From Thermoproteota archaeon (GTDB lineage Archaea; Asgardarchaeota; Jordiarchaeia; Jordiarchaeales; Freyrarchaeaceae), in the NCBI GenBank assembly GCA_029258835.1, contig JAPDJY010000039.1, positions 64,001-128,000 of the forward strand: DNA of 64,000 nucleotides. The letters are read 5' to 3'. The position numbers and the translations under genes are program-made. Below the pieces are notes generated by a model. It searched no databases, was not told where the DNA came from, and saw only the letters and a program-made list of their open reading frames with translations. Shown here one piece after another: positions 29,992-39,966 of this stretch. How positions within the stretch are numbered: the stretch's first letter is position 1; the number at the start of each line of letters is the position of its first letter.

Positions 29992-32049
29992 TTATCCCTC
30001 GCAGTTCTGCCAGTTTATGCAGAGTTCTTGAGGTCTCCGTTTCGGTCTTCGTATTATAACTGTTGGGAAACCGCATTTTGGACAGGTTTTTCCTGTTGGT
30101 TCTATTATTCCGCTTTGAGGAAGGGGGGCGCTAAAGTTGCATTTATTGTTCCAGTAGTTACTACAACCCACAAACCGTTTGTGGGATTTTCTAGATTTAA
30201 TTATTTTTAGTTCTCCACCGCATATAGGGCATACTCCCAAGACGAAATGTTTACGATTAACTTTTGCCAATGCCTCTTCTAAGGCAGCGCCTATTTCTAA
30301 CTCTTTCCGTTTAAAATTCTCCAGTATAGGAATTAATTTTTCTATGGCGTCTATGAGTACTTCCTGCCTTGACTTTTCCTGAAGTTCTATTTTGCTCATC
30401 TCCTCTTCGAGTTTGCGAGTTAAATTTACGGATAGCACGCTCGGGCAGTAGGTTGAAAGAACGCTTACGACGGAGAAGCCCAAGTCTGTTAGCTCTATCT
30501 GCTTTCCAGTTATATAGTGTCTGGCATAGAGAGTATCTATTATTTCGGCCCTAGTGGCCTTTGTTCCGATCTGGTTTGCTTCCATGAGGTTTAGTAGGCT
30601 CTTTGGGTTATATCTTGGTGGAGGTGCAGTATATCGTTCTTCCAGCTTTACTTCTACAACTTGTATTTCTTGTTCTTCTTGAAGGGAGGGGAATTCTTTA
30701 TCTTCTACTTTAGCATATGGCCCATATGCTTTCTGCCAGCCTGCAACCTTTGTCTTTATCCCCTTTAAATAGAAAATATGTGATGCAACTTTTATCTCTG
30801 CTTTTACGCTTTCTCTGATGGAGGGAGGGCCGAAAATAGCAAGAAAGCGTCGTATGATCAAATCAAAGAGTTTTTCCTCTTCTGATGTCAACTGTTCTTC
30901 AGGTAGGGTGCCTGTGGGATGTATCGGAGGATGGGCGGGGTCATCCTTTTTCCCCTCTGCTGGGGTAAGCGCCTCTCTCGCCAAGATTTCCCTAACTAAA
31001 GAGGCATAATTCCTGTGTTTTTCCAGCCCTTTCAAAATTTCCTTAAGATTTACGGAGGGCGGGAATTTCTGGCTTCCAGTTCTTGGGTAGGAAATTAAAG
31101 CTGAGAGATAAAGTCTTTCAGCTATTCTTAATGTCCTGCTTGGAGTGAAGCCGAAATGAGAGTATGCTTCTGACTGTAGAGTGCCTATATCGAAGGGGTG
31201 AGGTGGATTAAGCGTTCTTTCCGAAAGCGAGATAGCAGTAACAGAGCCAGATTGCCCGCTGCACTCATTAACTACCCTTTCTGCATCCTTTTTTGATTGT
31301 ATTTTACCCTCAGCATAGTGGAGAGGGTATAATGTGCCCTCTATTTTCGCCTGGGCTGAAATTACCCAGTACGGTTTTGGAACAAAGCTTTTTATTTCTC
31401 GCTCCCGCTTGGCTACAAATGAGAGGGTTGGACCTTGAACGCGTCCAGTGCTTAGCGTGTAGTATTTCCCTGTAGAGTGCTTTAGGGAGAGCATCATAGC
31501 TCTAGAGAGGTTTATCCCATAAATCCAATCTATTTCGTGCCGCGCTCTTCCCGCTTCAATCAGCCCCCAGTCGAGAGTTGGGGAAAGAGAATAATATGCT
31601 TTCACCAGCTCATCCCTTGTTAAGGTGGAGAACTTCATTCTTTTCGCTTTAAGAACACTGTCGGGGCCGCACACGTATTTCAAGATGTTATATGCAATTT
31701 GGCTTCCTTCAATGTCAAAATCTGTGGCGGAGATGAATGAATCCGCACCTTCTGCAAGCTTCGAAATTACCTTTATGAACGACTTGGTATTTGACGCATG
31801 CTTATTTACACGGTACGTAGCCACCCATTTTATGTTAAACACGGGATACGCCCAGCCGCTACCCTTCTGGCTAACCGAGAAAAGATGTCCTATAGCTGGT
31901 ACAATTACCAGCTCTCTCCCATCTCTTATTGCTCTATAATAACGTACACCGTCCTTATCATAACTTTTAGGATTCCCCCTTTCATCTAATGCTTTTGCGA
32001 TACGCTCGGCTGCAGTCGGCTTTTCAGCGATTATTAACGTGTAGCCCAA
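29992..32049 (-). CDS. topA: DNA topoisomerase, type IA
   Basis: LIIAEKP, ATDFDIEG, STGRVQGPTL, ISYPRT, AHPPIHPT, C-terminal zinc ribbons. Confidence 0.96.
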   Translation of the reverse strand: MGYTLIIAEKPTAAERIAKALDERGNPKSYDKDGVRYYRAIRDGRELVIVPAIGHLFSVSQKGSGWAYPVFNIKWVATYRVNKHASNTKSFIKVISKLAEGADSFISATDFDIEGSQIAYNILKYVCGPDSVLKAKRMKFSTLTRDELVKAYYSLSPTLDWGLIEAGRARHEIDWIYGINLSRAMMLSLKHSTGKYYTLSTGRVQGPTLSFVAKREREIKSFVPKPYWVISAQAKIEGTLYPLHYAEGKIQSKKDAERVVNECSGQSGSVTAISLSERTLNPPHPFDIGTLQSEAYSHFGFTPSRTLRIAERLYLSALISYPRTGSQKFPPSVNLKEILKGLEKHRNYASLVREILAREALTPAEGKKDDPAHPPIHPTGTLPEEQLTSEEEKLFDLIIRRFLAIFGPPSIRESVKAEIKVASHIFYLKGIKTKVAGWQKAYGPYAKVEDKEFPSLQEEQEIQVVEVKLEERYTAPPPRYNPKSLLNLMEANQIGTKATRAEIIDTLYARHYITGKQIELTDLGFSVVSVLSTYCPSVLSVNLTRKLEEEMSKIELQEKSRQEVLIDAIEKLIPILENFKRKELEIGAALEEALAKVNRKHFVLGVCPICGGELKIIKSRKSHKRFVGCSNYWNNKCNFSAPLPQSGIIEPTGKTCPKCGFPTVIIRRPKRRPQELCINWQNCEG

Positions 32050-32513
32050 CCCGAAATACCTCCTTCGGAACGATTAAAACCTGATCAATAGAATATTGAG
32101 CAAGTCAATGAGCCTTACGTACAAGAATGAATGACTAAAATATTTAATCTCTGCTTCCTTTTGAGGGTGATCAAACATTTTAACTATTTAACTATTTAAA
32201 ACTCACCGCAAACTCTCTGATAAAAAGGTTCTAATAAAGGTTATCTGGGCAACTTTAAATTCCAAGAAAATGCTTTTGACCGGAGTGCTACGTTAAATTT
32301 GGGCAATCAGATGGGAAACTCTTAAAAGTATATGTTGAGGGCAGGGTGGAAGTACCCTCTAAGGCGGTAGAGTTCAAAACAGGAAACTCTCAATGAAAAG
32401 TTAAAAAGTTGGGAGGTAAGCGCAACCTAATTAAACTAATTGGCTAACCCTTATATAGCAGCAACACACAGGTAAAGGTGGGAAACCCTCAGAAAAAGGG
32501 AGGTTAAAATCAG

Positions 32514-32681
32514 ATGCCAGGTTCGCATGGCAGCCTAACTAAAGCAGGAAAAGTTAGAAGTCAAACACCGAAGGTTCCAAGAAAGGAAAGGCCACCCATA
32601 ATACCCAGAATACGGAACAGGAGAAATTATGTCCGAAGGGTTATTCTTAATAAGCCTGTTGGCCAGCAAGGCCGATTATAG
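32514..32681 (+). CDS. rps30e: 30S ribosomal protein eS30 (55 aa, below the ORF-track cutoff)
   Basis: [21 protein letters not shown]...PRIRNRRNY; GGAGG upstream. Confidence 0.95.
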   Translation: MPGSHGSLTKAGKVRSQTPKVPRKERPPIIPRIRNRRNYVRRVILNKPVGQQGRL

Positions 32682-32752
32682 AATTTAGAATTTCCCCTTC
32701 TGCTTTCTTTGCCATTCTTTGCCTATTCCATTTTCCTGAGGGTGGCTATGTC

Positions 32753-33289
32753 TTGGTGGTGACTGTAGGGATAGATCTAGCAGCCAAAGAACATAACCCC
32801 ACCGGTTTTGCTATTTGGAATGACGGGTTTATTAGAACGTTTACGGTTTACAGCGACCTTGAAATAATAAGTTCTTGCCTAAGAGCTTATCCAAGCCTTA
32901 TAGCAATAGACGCTCCCTTAACATTTAATCAGGGATATAGAGAGGCTGATAAAGCCCTTATTAGAATGGGCATCCGAGTCTTCCCACCAAATTTCGTCTC
33001 AGAACTAACTTTTAGAGCAATGAGGCTGAAGGCAAGACTAAGAAACGTTATCGAGGTCTTCCCCAAGGCATTCTACAAGATTCTAAATGTAACGGAAGCA
33101 GACCTAGAAAAATTCGTTGTTTTTTTAAACAAACCACAAAGCAAACACGAAACCGACGCAGCCGTATGCGCACTAATCGCCGCAATGACCCTTGAAGGAA
33201 AAACAGAAGCAATAGGAAGAAAAGGAGAAAAAATAATAATCCCCCGCAAAGGCGAGAAACCACCACCAATAAAAGACGAAATATTTTAA
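32753..33289 (+). CDS. DUF429 family RNase H-fold protein
   Basis: VGIDLA, IAIDAPLT, READ..L, IEVFP, HETDAAVCA. Confidence 0.85.
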   Translation: MVVTVGIDLAAKEHNPTGFAIWNDGFIRTFTVYSDLEIISSCLRAYPSLIAIDAPLTFNQGYREADKALIRMGIRVFPPNFVSELTFRAMRLKARLRNVIEVFPKAFYKILNVTEADLEKFVVFLNKPQSKHETDAAVCALIAAMTLEGKTEAIGRKGEKIIIPRKGEKPPPIKDEIF

Positions 33290-33329
33290 AATATTTTAAC
33301 TAGGCTAAGTTACCTAAACTCTAAAGGGG

Positions 33330-33730
33330 GCACTTCATTTTTCAGGTGTTGCCGGAGTACTCTCTTTAATTTGCCACCTCCATAAAGTGGGGTTCCGTAG
33401 GGGTCTGCAACTCCACGCTCAACCCTCTCCTATTGCGGAGAGACGTTCTGGCGGAGGGATTGCCCCCCTAACTTCCGCTCTCTCACGATCCCTCCACATT
33501 CTCGGCAAGGTGGTCAAAGGTGCTCTTCACCTCAAACCTCTTTCCAGTTCGCCGATTCCTTCAGCCCTGCCCTCGGTGTGTCGTACCTCCTCAAGGCGCA
33601 TCATCCATCAAAGCCCTTTCAGCGTGGAAGCACCTTATGGTTCTACAGGCCAAGAATCCCCGGCCAGATGTCAAGCATCCATTAGACGCTTAACATTAGC
33701 GGAAGCAAAACAAGCACTTGGAGGGGATGT
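33330..33730 (-). ncRNA. Structured GC-rich non-coding element, possibly an orphan IscB/HEARO-type omega-RNA remnant
   Basis: GC-rich intergenic block with several hairpins (ctctcc/ggagag, gcgga/tccgc, aggtg/cacct, ggcc/ggcc); loose omega-RNA-like motifs; strand and ends uncertain. Confidence 0.35.
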
Positions 33731-33837
33731 TGTGGCTAAAGAAAGCGCATGCCAAAACCGAAAATACTCAAACCATCACTCAAGGAGCAATATGTTAAAC
33801 TTTCAGCTAAAAAAGAAAGAAAAAGTTTCTAAGTTGC

Positions 33838-34257
33838 TCACTTTTTAGCTCTCTTAGCTTTCTTAGCCTCCTTTTCTTCTTCCTTCTTTTCCTCTTCCTC
33901 CTCTGCCTCCAGCTCCTCTAATGGGACCGGAGGCGGCGTAGTTAACATCGTCCATCCTATCCATGCTGCAATGGCCAAGATTGCGGTAATTGCTAACCAT
34001 ATTGGTATTCCAACTGCGAGGAATTTGGGTGGTGTTGGGATCCATTGGAGTATGCTGGGTGCTGTAAAGCTGTACAAGAGGCTTTGGATGACGTGGGGTC
34101 CTATGTAAACCGTGTTTAATCCAGGTATAATTAGTACTGTTGATTCGATTTGCATTCCGATCCAGCATCCGTAGTATAATGCCCAGTAAGTGTACCATAG
34201 TATTAGGAGCACAGAGACTATTAGAATGATTCCTCCATAGAGTTTATCTTTTGACAT
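33838..34257 (-). CDS. Two-TM membrane protein, DPM2/PIG-P-like
   Basis: SKDKLYGG.ILIVS...WYTYW and LAVGIP...AWIGWTMLTT resemble eukaryotic DPM2; acidic then basic tail. Confidence 0.55.
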   Translation of the reverse strand: MSKDKLYGGIILIVSVLLILWYTYWALYYGCWIGMQIESTVLIIPGLNTVYIGPHVIQSLLYSFTAPSILQWIPTPPKFLAVGIPIWLAITAILAIAAWIGWTMLTTPPPVPLEELEAEEEEEKKEEEKEAKKAKRAKK

Positions 34258-34507
34258 TTTTTCACCATTCCGAAGTATTTGTCTTTAAGTTGGTCGAATC
34301 TTTTATTAGCTTTTTGGGTTTGATCCTGTTTCCTTTTTGGCAGGGTTGAAGGGGTTTCCTAGGAGTTTGGGGGTAAATTGGCACTGTAACACGTAGGAAA
34401 AACCTAGTCCCCCACTCAAAAAAGTCGATGTAGGGAGGAGAAAAGGGGAAAGCGGAAGGGAAGCTAAGAGAGCTGAAAAGCTAAAGAAAATAGGCTTTCT
34501 TCTGTTT

Positions 34508-35137
34508 TTAGGGTGGAATTTTAAGAAAGGTCATGGCTGCTTTTGCCACTTCTAACTCGTACCCTAGATAGAAGTGATCTGCATTTGGTATTACTTTATA
34601 ATTTTTGGGAGGGTAAAGTTCATTGTAAAAATCTATAAAAGAGTTTAAGGGAGCAAACTCGTCTAGGCTTCCAAGAATAAAGTATTTTTGCTTTTTTGAA
34701 TTTTTAAGGTGGCTGAAGTCGAAGAGTGAGAGGGGAGGGGAAATTACAATCATAGTATTCAAGTGGACGTTTTCAACTGCAGCCATTGTACTCACCCATG
34801 CACCAAATGAATATCCTATAATAGCTATTTTCCGTAGATTAGGTGCGAGATTTCTCAGATGGTTTACTGCTGCGTTTACATCCTTCACTTCTGCTTTCCC
34901 TCCTCCGTACCTTCCTTGGGACTTGCCTACTCCTCTAAAGTTGAAGCGTAGTGCTAGGAAGCCTTTTTGGGAAGCGTGATGGAACAGGGCGTCCACGACG
35001 TTGTTGTACATGTTTCCTCCAAAGAGGGGGTGAGGATGGCAGATGATGACAGCTACTCCGACGTTAGAGTCGACATTACTTACTTCGCCTTCTAGCAGCA
35101 AGTTCTCGCAGTTAAAGTATGTTTTATCTTGATTCAC
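34508..35137 (-). CDS. Alpha/beta hydrolase
   Basis: CHPHPLFGGNM, RFNFRGVG, GYSFG nucleophile, ADHF. Confidence 0.92.
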   Translation of the reverse strand: MNQDKTYFNCENLLLEGEVSNVDSNVGVAVIICHPHPLFGGNMYNNVVDALFHHASQKGFLALRFNFRGVGKSQGRYGGGKAEVKDVNAAVNHLRNLAPNLRKIAIIGYSFGAWVSTMAAVENVHLNTMIVISPPLSLFDFSHLKNSKKQKYFILGSLDEFAPLNSFIDFYNELYPPKNYKVIPNADHFYLGYELEVAKAAMTFLKIPP

Positions 35138-35253
35138 TTTAATTGCACCTCAAACTTTTTAGCTAAGAGAAGTTTTTATGAGAAGTTTTTATTTAGGTTT
35201 AGGGATAAGTTTACATATGTAAAATTAATAAACATTTTCTCAGGGGGGTATGA

Positions 35254-35727
35254 TTGATGAAAGGTTCATCCTCCGAACTAACTGATAGGCAAATTCAGAT
35301 TTTAAAGAAATTGTACGATGATGGGGAAACGGTAACGGTAAGGACGGCTTACAAGTCACAGGAGGAACTGGCTAAGGAACTTAAAATAACTAGGCAGGCT
35401 CTAAGTGCACACTTGAAAAAACTAAGAGAGGAAGGGTATATAAGGACGGGGAGGGGATTTATAGATTTAACTGAAAAGGGCCTCGACACTATCGGGGCAT
35501 TAGAGATTTTTGCATTTGTACTGATTAAGGTTCACCCGCATGAAAGAGAGAAAGCATACAGAGAAATAAGGAGCGCAGGAGCAACGAAGCTGTTTAGAGT
35601 AACAGGGGAAATCGACTTAATAGCAGAGGTCAGCAAGTCCAAGCTTGACGAGTTCTTAAGAAGAATATCCCAAATCCCAGGTGTTACACAGACCGAGGCA
35701 CATGTCGTCCTTGAATCAATGTTCTGA
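35254..35727 (+). CDS. Lrp/AsnC-type transcriptional regulator
   Basis: SQEELAKELKITRQALSAHLKKL HTH plus RVTGEIDLIA RAM domain. Confidence 0.88.
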   Translation: MMKGSSSELTDRQIQILKKLYDDGETVTVRTAYKSQEELAKELKITRQALSAHLKKLREEGYIRTGRGFIDLTEKGLDTIGALEIFAFVLIKVHPHEREKAYREIRSAGATKLFRVTGEIDLIAEVSKSKLDEFLRRISQIPGVTQTEAHVVLESMF

Positions 35728-35732
35728 GAGCT

Positions 35733-36671
35733 TCAATCTATTTTTAAGATATCAAGTATTTTACGGGCGATTTCAAGCGCATTTTTCATTTGGCACTCGT
35801 TAGTTGATGCACCTATGTGGGGAGTGCAGATTACATTGGGCAGAGAGATAAGTTTCTTGTTCTTTGGAGGTTCCTCTTGGAAAACGTCTAATGCGGCACC
35901 TGCTAGCCACCCATTTTTCAATGCTTGATAGAGGGCGTCTTCATCTATAACCTCGCCTCGTGAGGTATTAACTAGATATGCCCCTTGCTTCATAAGCCTC
36001 AATTCCTTAGAGCCTATTAGCAATCGTGTCTTTTCCGTTAGTGGCACATGTATAGTTACAATATCTGACGTCTTTAAAAGTGATTCAAATGAGTTTCTAG
36101 AACTGCCTAAGAAGACAACCCCCAGTTTTTCAGCATCACTCCTTTTACTTTCGTCTATGTCGTGTGCAAGAACGGTTACTCCAAATGCTAAGGCGCGCTT
36201 CGCTACCTCTTGCCCTATTCTTCCAAACCCTATTATGCCGAGAGTTTTCCCGTAAAACTGGCATCCTTCAAGCTCCCTTTTAAGCCACTTCCCTTCCTTC
36301 AATGAGCGATCCGCTAGAGGGATACGCCTCAGTAATGCAAGTATCAACCCGATCGTTAACTCCGCCACAGAAATAGACGACGCCTCGGGGGAATTTAGCA
36401 CCGTAATGCCACGTTCCTCCGCTGCGCTTAAATCCACATTGTCAAGCCCAACCCCACACCTAGCGATAACTGATAGACGGGAGCCGACATTAATAAGCTC
36501 CTTAGTAACCTTAGTTCGACTTCTAACAATTATAACGTCGGCGTTCTTTAATAGTTCCTTAAGCTCTTCACGTGACATATCATACGCTTCAACGACGTTT
36601 AAGCCGGCTCTTCGCATCAATTGAATACCACCAGGATGAATAGGGTCTAACACTAGAACCAAATGAGCCAT
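35733..36671 (-). CDS. D-2-hydroxyacid / phosphoglycerate dehydrogenase
   Basis: ARCGVGLDNVD, GIIGFGRIG, VNTSRG, LDVF.EEP, TPHIGAST. Confidence 0.92.
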   Translation of the reverse strand: MAHLVLVLDPIHPGGIQLMRRAGLNVVEAYDMSREELKELLKNADVIIVRSRTKVTKELINVGSRLSVIARCGVGLDNVDLSAAEERGITVLNSPEASSISVAELTIGLILALLRRIPLADRSLKEGKWLKRELEGCQFYGKTLGIIGFGRIGQEVAKRALAFGVTVLAHDIDESKRSDAEKLGVVFLGSSRNSFESLLKTSDIVTIHVPLTEKTRLLIGSKELRLMKQGAYLVNTSRGEVIDEDALYQALKNGWLAGAALDVFQEEPPKNKKLISLPNVICTPHIGASTNECQMKNALEIARKILDILKID

Positions 36672-36904
36672 CTAGCAAACCTCCAAAAATCACTTTCTTG
36701 GAAGTAGGCAGGAATATTAGAACTACTATTAAAAAGCCAGAAGAGAATACTTTTAAAATTTCCCAAGGGAACCGAGAAAATGTATTTTTAGGATAAAATA
36801 TTAAGGATATGGAAGTGGAAGTTAAGCTTGTTAAGTGAAAAAAGCGTACGGCAATTAGATGAAATAAGAGAGGCCGAAAAATGAAGGTAGTGCATGGTGG
36901 ATCG

Positions 36905-37458
36905 TCAACCTAACTTCCGCTTAATGATCTCTTTAACCAAAAGGTTAAATGCAGCTTCCACGTTTTCACCGTTCTTCGCAGAGGTTTCAAAAAAAGAAGC
37001 GTTTATTTCTTTCGCGTATCTTTTGCCGTCCTCTGTCCGCACCTCCCTAAGGTTAGAGAGGTCAACCTTATTTCCAATAACCACCGTGACAGGTTCCTCC
37101 TTAACATTCTTTAACAATTCCTTACGCCAATTTTCAAGGTTGTCAAAGGTAGAGCGTCGTGTTATATCGTAAACTAGCATCGCCCCGACTGCACCTTGAT
37201 AAAACGTACTACGTACGTGTTTGAAGTGTGGCTGCCCACCTAAGTCCCAAAGCACCAACTTAGCAGTAAGATCGCCTAAGTTAATAATTTTTGAGAAGAT
37301 ATCTATACCTTTAACCCGCTGAGTAGCACGAGCTACCAGCGTATAGTCTTCTTGTAGTCGGCCATAAACCTACCGCTAACATACTTTGATATTAAACTAG
37401 TTTTTCCCACGGCACCATCACCTGCAAGGATCACCTTATAAACAAGTTCCCGTGACAA
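36905..37458 (-). CDS. Rab/Ras-like small GTPase; spliced join(37458..37343,37310..36905), 173 aa
   Basis: TTG start after AAGGGGG; YKVILAGDGAVGKTSL, YKKTI/GIDIF restored by splicing, WDLGGQ, GNKVD, ETSAK. Confidence 0.9.
37311..37342 (-). other. BHB/BHL-type intron (32 nt) in the small GTPase mRNA
   Basis: GACU-AU|A-CGCUG GUAGC(UCGU)GCUAC U CAGCG-GGUU-AA|A; 10-bp intron stem, in-frame TAG, weak outer helix. Confidence 0.85.
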
Positions 37459-37545
37459 CGATGAAACCCCCTTCTCTAACCGCTATTTCCATTTTTACAG
37501 ATGAAAAACATTCGCTAAAAGTTTTAAGCATGTTGATTTCCTTAG

Positions 37546-38885
37546 GTGAACTACCACCCGTTAAAACGGGTGGCTTCCAACATTCGGGGCAGGCTTCTCG
37601 CCTATCCCCTCATCTGCTGGTTCGGGGGTTCACAGCTCTCCTCATCCCATGCCTCTCGTTAAGGCATGGGCTAGGTTAATTGCAGAATTTAAATCCCGAT
37701 TATAGATTAAACTACACTTAGGACATCTAAACTCTCTATCATTAACTTTGGGCAACATGCCCACACTATGACACCCCTTTGAGGTATTCTTTGGATTACT
37801 ATACACTACAGAAATTCCCTCTAAATTAGCTTTGTATTCGATGTATTGCTGTAATTTTCGAAAGCTCCAAGCATGCAACCTTCTGTTTAGCTTAGCAGAA
37901 CTATTCATGTTCTCTCTAATTCCATCAAGCTTCTCCATTGCTATTACTGGCTTTTCGAACTGGCTTAGCGTAAGCAACGATTTAGTTGGTTATTATATGC
38001 AAATGTTAGTTTACAATTTTCTTCTCCTTATGACCAAACCGCTTAACCAAAGTCCAGTCTTTTCTTTCTCTGCAAGTTTCTTCTGATGTGTGCGTATTTT
38101 CCTCTTATTTCTCTTATTCTTTGCTCCGTTCCAAAACTGACCCTTTGTAGGTTTTGGATTTTGCTTTGGTATAGCTACTGCAACAGCTACATTCCACTCC
38201 CCTAAATCTACTCCTATAACAGTTTCTGGCTCATCGATTAGTTCAACGTCTTTCTTAAGCGTGAAGTGTGCATACCACTCCCCGTTTCTCTTCACCATCT
38301 CAACCGTGCAAAATTTCCACTCCCCTTGCAAAGCTTCTTCTATGAATTTTTGCTGTCTCTTCCCAAAGACTATCGGGAGTGTTATCCTCTCCTTGCAATT
38401 AAGGGTTAGAGTAGCCAGCAAGGAGTTAGTTCGTTGTTGTTTTGGCAAAAGAGTAACACCTTTTGTCAAATCTAATTGAAAGTCTCTTCAGCTTGGGTCG
38501 TTCTATTTTGACTTGCCTTTTTTCTTTTTTCATTGAAACTTTTTAGGATTTCCACTGCTTTATCCCTTGCTGTCTGGATTAAGGCGGTGTTCAGGTTGAA
38601 TAGCTGTTTAGCTTTCTCATAGCCATTCTTGTGCAGAGAAGCCTTTGATGTAAAATTGAAGCCTTAGATACCAGTTCACAAGTGCATAATATTCTTCCAA
38701 ACACTTATTCAGAACTAAAACTTTCTTCTTGTTTGGTTTGAAAACCGTTCCTACCACAGTTAGCTGAACTTCTTTCCTCACGGGAACGTCCCTAAAGATT
38801 TTTTAACTCTCTAAGTATTTAATATTAACCTATCCACCTCCCCTAATTCATCCACCTTCACAGATAGGCGGTCTTCTTGCGACAA
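37546..38885 (-). mobile_element. tnpB: Decayed IS200/IS605-family element with multiply frameshifted tnpB (about 37642..38781)
   Basis: GVDLG, MEKL..IR, IEYKANLEG, CPKC, NRDLNSAINL fragments; right-end hairpin GAAGCCACCCGTTTTAACGGGTGGTAGTTCAC; degenerate left-end hairpin near 38845-38880. Confidence 0.85.
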
Positions 38886-39068
38886 AAATTATAAATAAAG
38901 TATGACAGCAACTCTAACCACACCACACCGCTTCTTCTATTAGCTATCACATCCATAACAAAATTACTTTAAAGAAAGAAGCTTAAAAATCGTGAAGAAT
39001 CTGAGAAGTAAACTTAACATGCTTAATAGATTTCTCCATCTAAAAGCCGCACATGGAACCTCTTATTG

Positions 39069-39902
39069 CTACAGGAACAACGATGCAATAAACCATAAAC
39101 CAAGAAGAACTAATGCGGCACCACATGAAAACATGATGCGCTGATACCATTTAACACTTATTAAGACTTTACCCTTAGCCACAGCAAATGAAATAGATGC
39201 ATACCATGCAACATCACTAAAAAAGTGGCCTATAACTATAGCCAGCCAGCCGGCAAGGGTGGAACCGAGAAAAACATAGTTAAAATCGAAGACACGTGAG
39301 AAGTACTGGAATGCGGCAGAGGATAAATTAGGGTACATTAACAATGAAAGGGAAGAGCCAAAATATTCTGCAAGAAAAACGAGAAAATTATGCCAGATAA
39401 GCAAGTACAAGGCAGGATCCACATTAGCAACAGCTATCAGAGGGGCATAAGTTAACATAGCCAACCCAACTGTCGCCCACCAGATCCAGTAGAAGGGGTT
39501 AGTAACGGTAGCAACAACCCCAGAAAGCACAGAGTTCAACGAAGAGGACAAAGAAGGAGGCTGAGAAACAGCACCAGACTCGTCTACTAGCCTTAACTCA
39601 GCTCGCCTTGAAGAATATGCGGTGTACCCTCCAAAAATTAAAAGAGCAATTCCTCCAGCAATAGTAATAGCCGCTTTAATTACATCATCACTTAAGATTA
39701 CACCAACACCGTAAGCTAAGGCAACAATCAAAGGAGCCTCCACAAGAAAATGTCCGAAGACAGTAGCTACACCACCAAACCAACCCCTCCTTAAACTGGA
39801 ATCAATAGTAACAACCAAAAGAGGGCCAGGACTTAAAGCACCAGATAAACCAACAGTAAAACTCAACGCAAAAAGAAACACTAATAGTATTAGAGGACTC
39901 AA
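39069..39902 (-). CDS. LysE family exporter
   Basis: GALSPGPL, GH...E, ATVTNPFYWIWW, GHFFSD.AWY; contains an internal extension of about 50 aa. Confidence 0.85.
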   Translation of the reverse strand: MSPLILLVFLFALSFTVGLSGALSPGPLLVVTIDSSLRRGWFGGVATVFGHFLVEAPLIVALAYGVGVILSDDVIKAAITIAGGIALLIFGGYTAYSSRRAELRLVDESGAVSQPPSLSSSLNSVLSGVVATVTNPFYWIWWATVGLAMLTYAPLIAVANVDPALYLLIWHNFLVFLAEYFGSSLSLLMYPNLSSAAFQYFSRVFDFNYVFLGSTLAGWLAIVIGHFFSDVAWYASISFAVAKGKVLISVKWYQRIMFSCGAALVLLGLWFIASLFL

Positions 39903-39966
39903 GGAAACACCCTCCGAACCAATAACGAAGCGAAGACGCTTAAAAAATTAACTTTTTTCTAAAAAA

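Noticed and set aside
32280-32500. Short hairpins upstream of rps30e as an ncRNA
   Set aside because: The stems are weak and there are no clear C/D or H/ACA boxes.
33387-33848. 153-aa plus-strand ORF; also considered RNase P or SRP RNA
   Set aside because: The composition is Ser/Pro/Arg-rich and unlike this genome's proteins; the RNase P (GAGGAAAGUCC) and SRP helix-8 signatures were not found.
39260-39440. Extra ~50 aa in LysE as a hidden intron
   Set aside because: It reads as ordinary membrane-protein sequence and no BHB was seen. Frame-preserving introns elsewhere cannot be excluded by eye.
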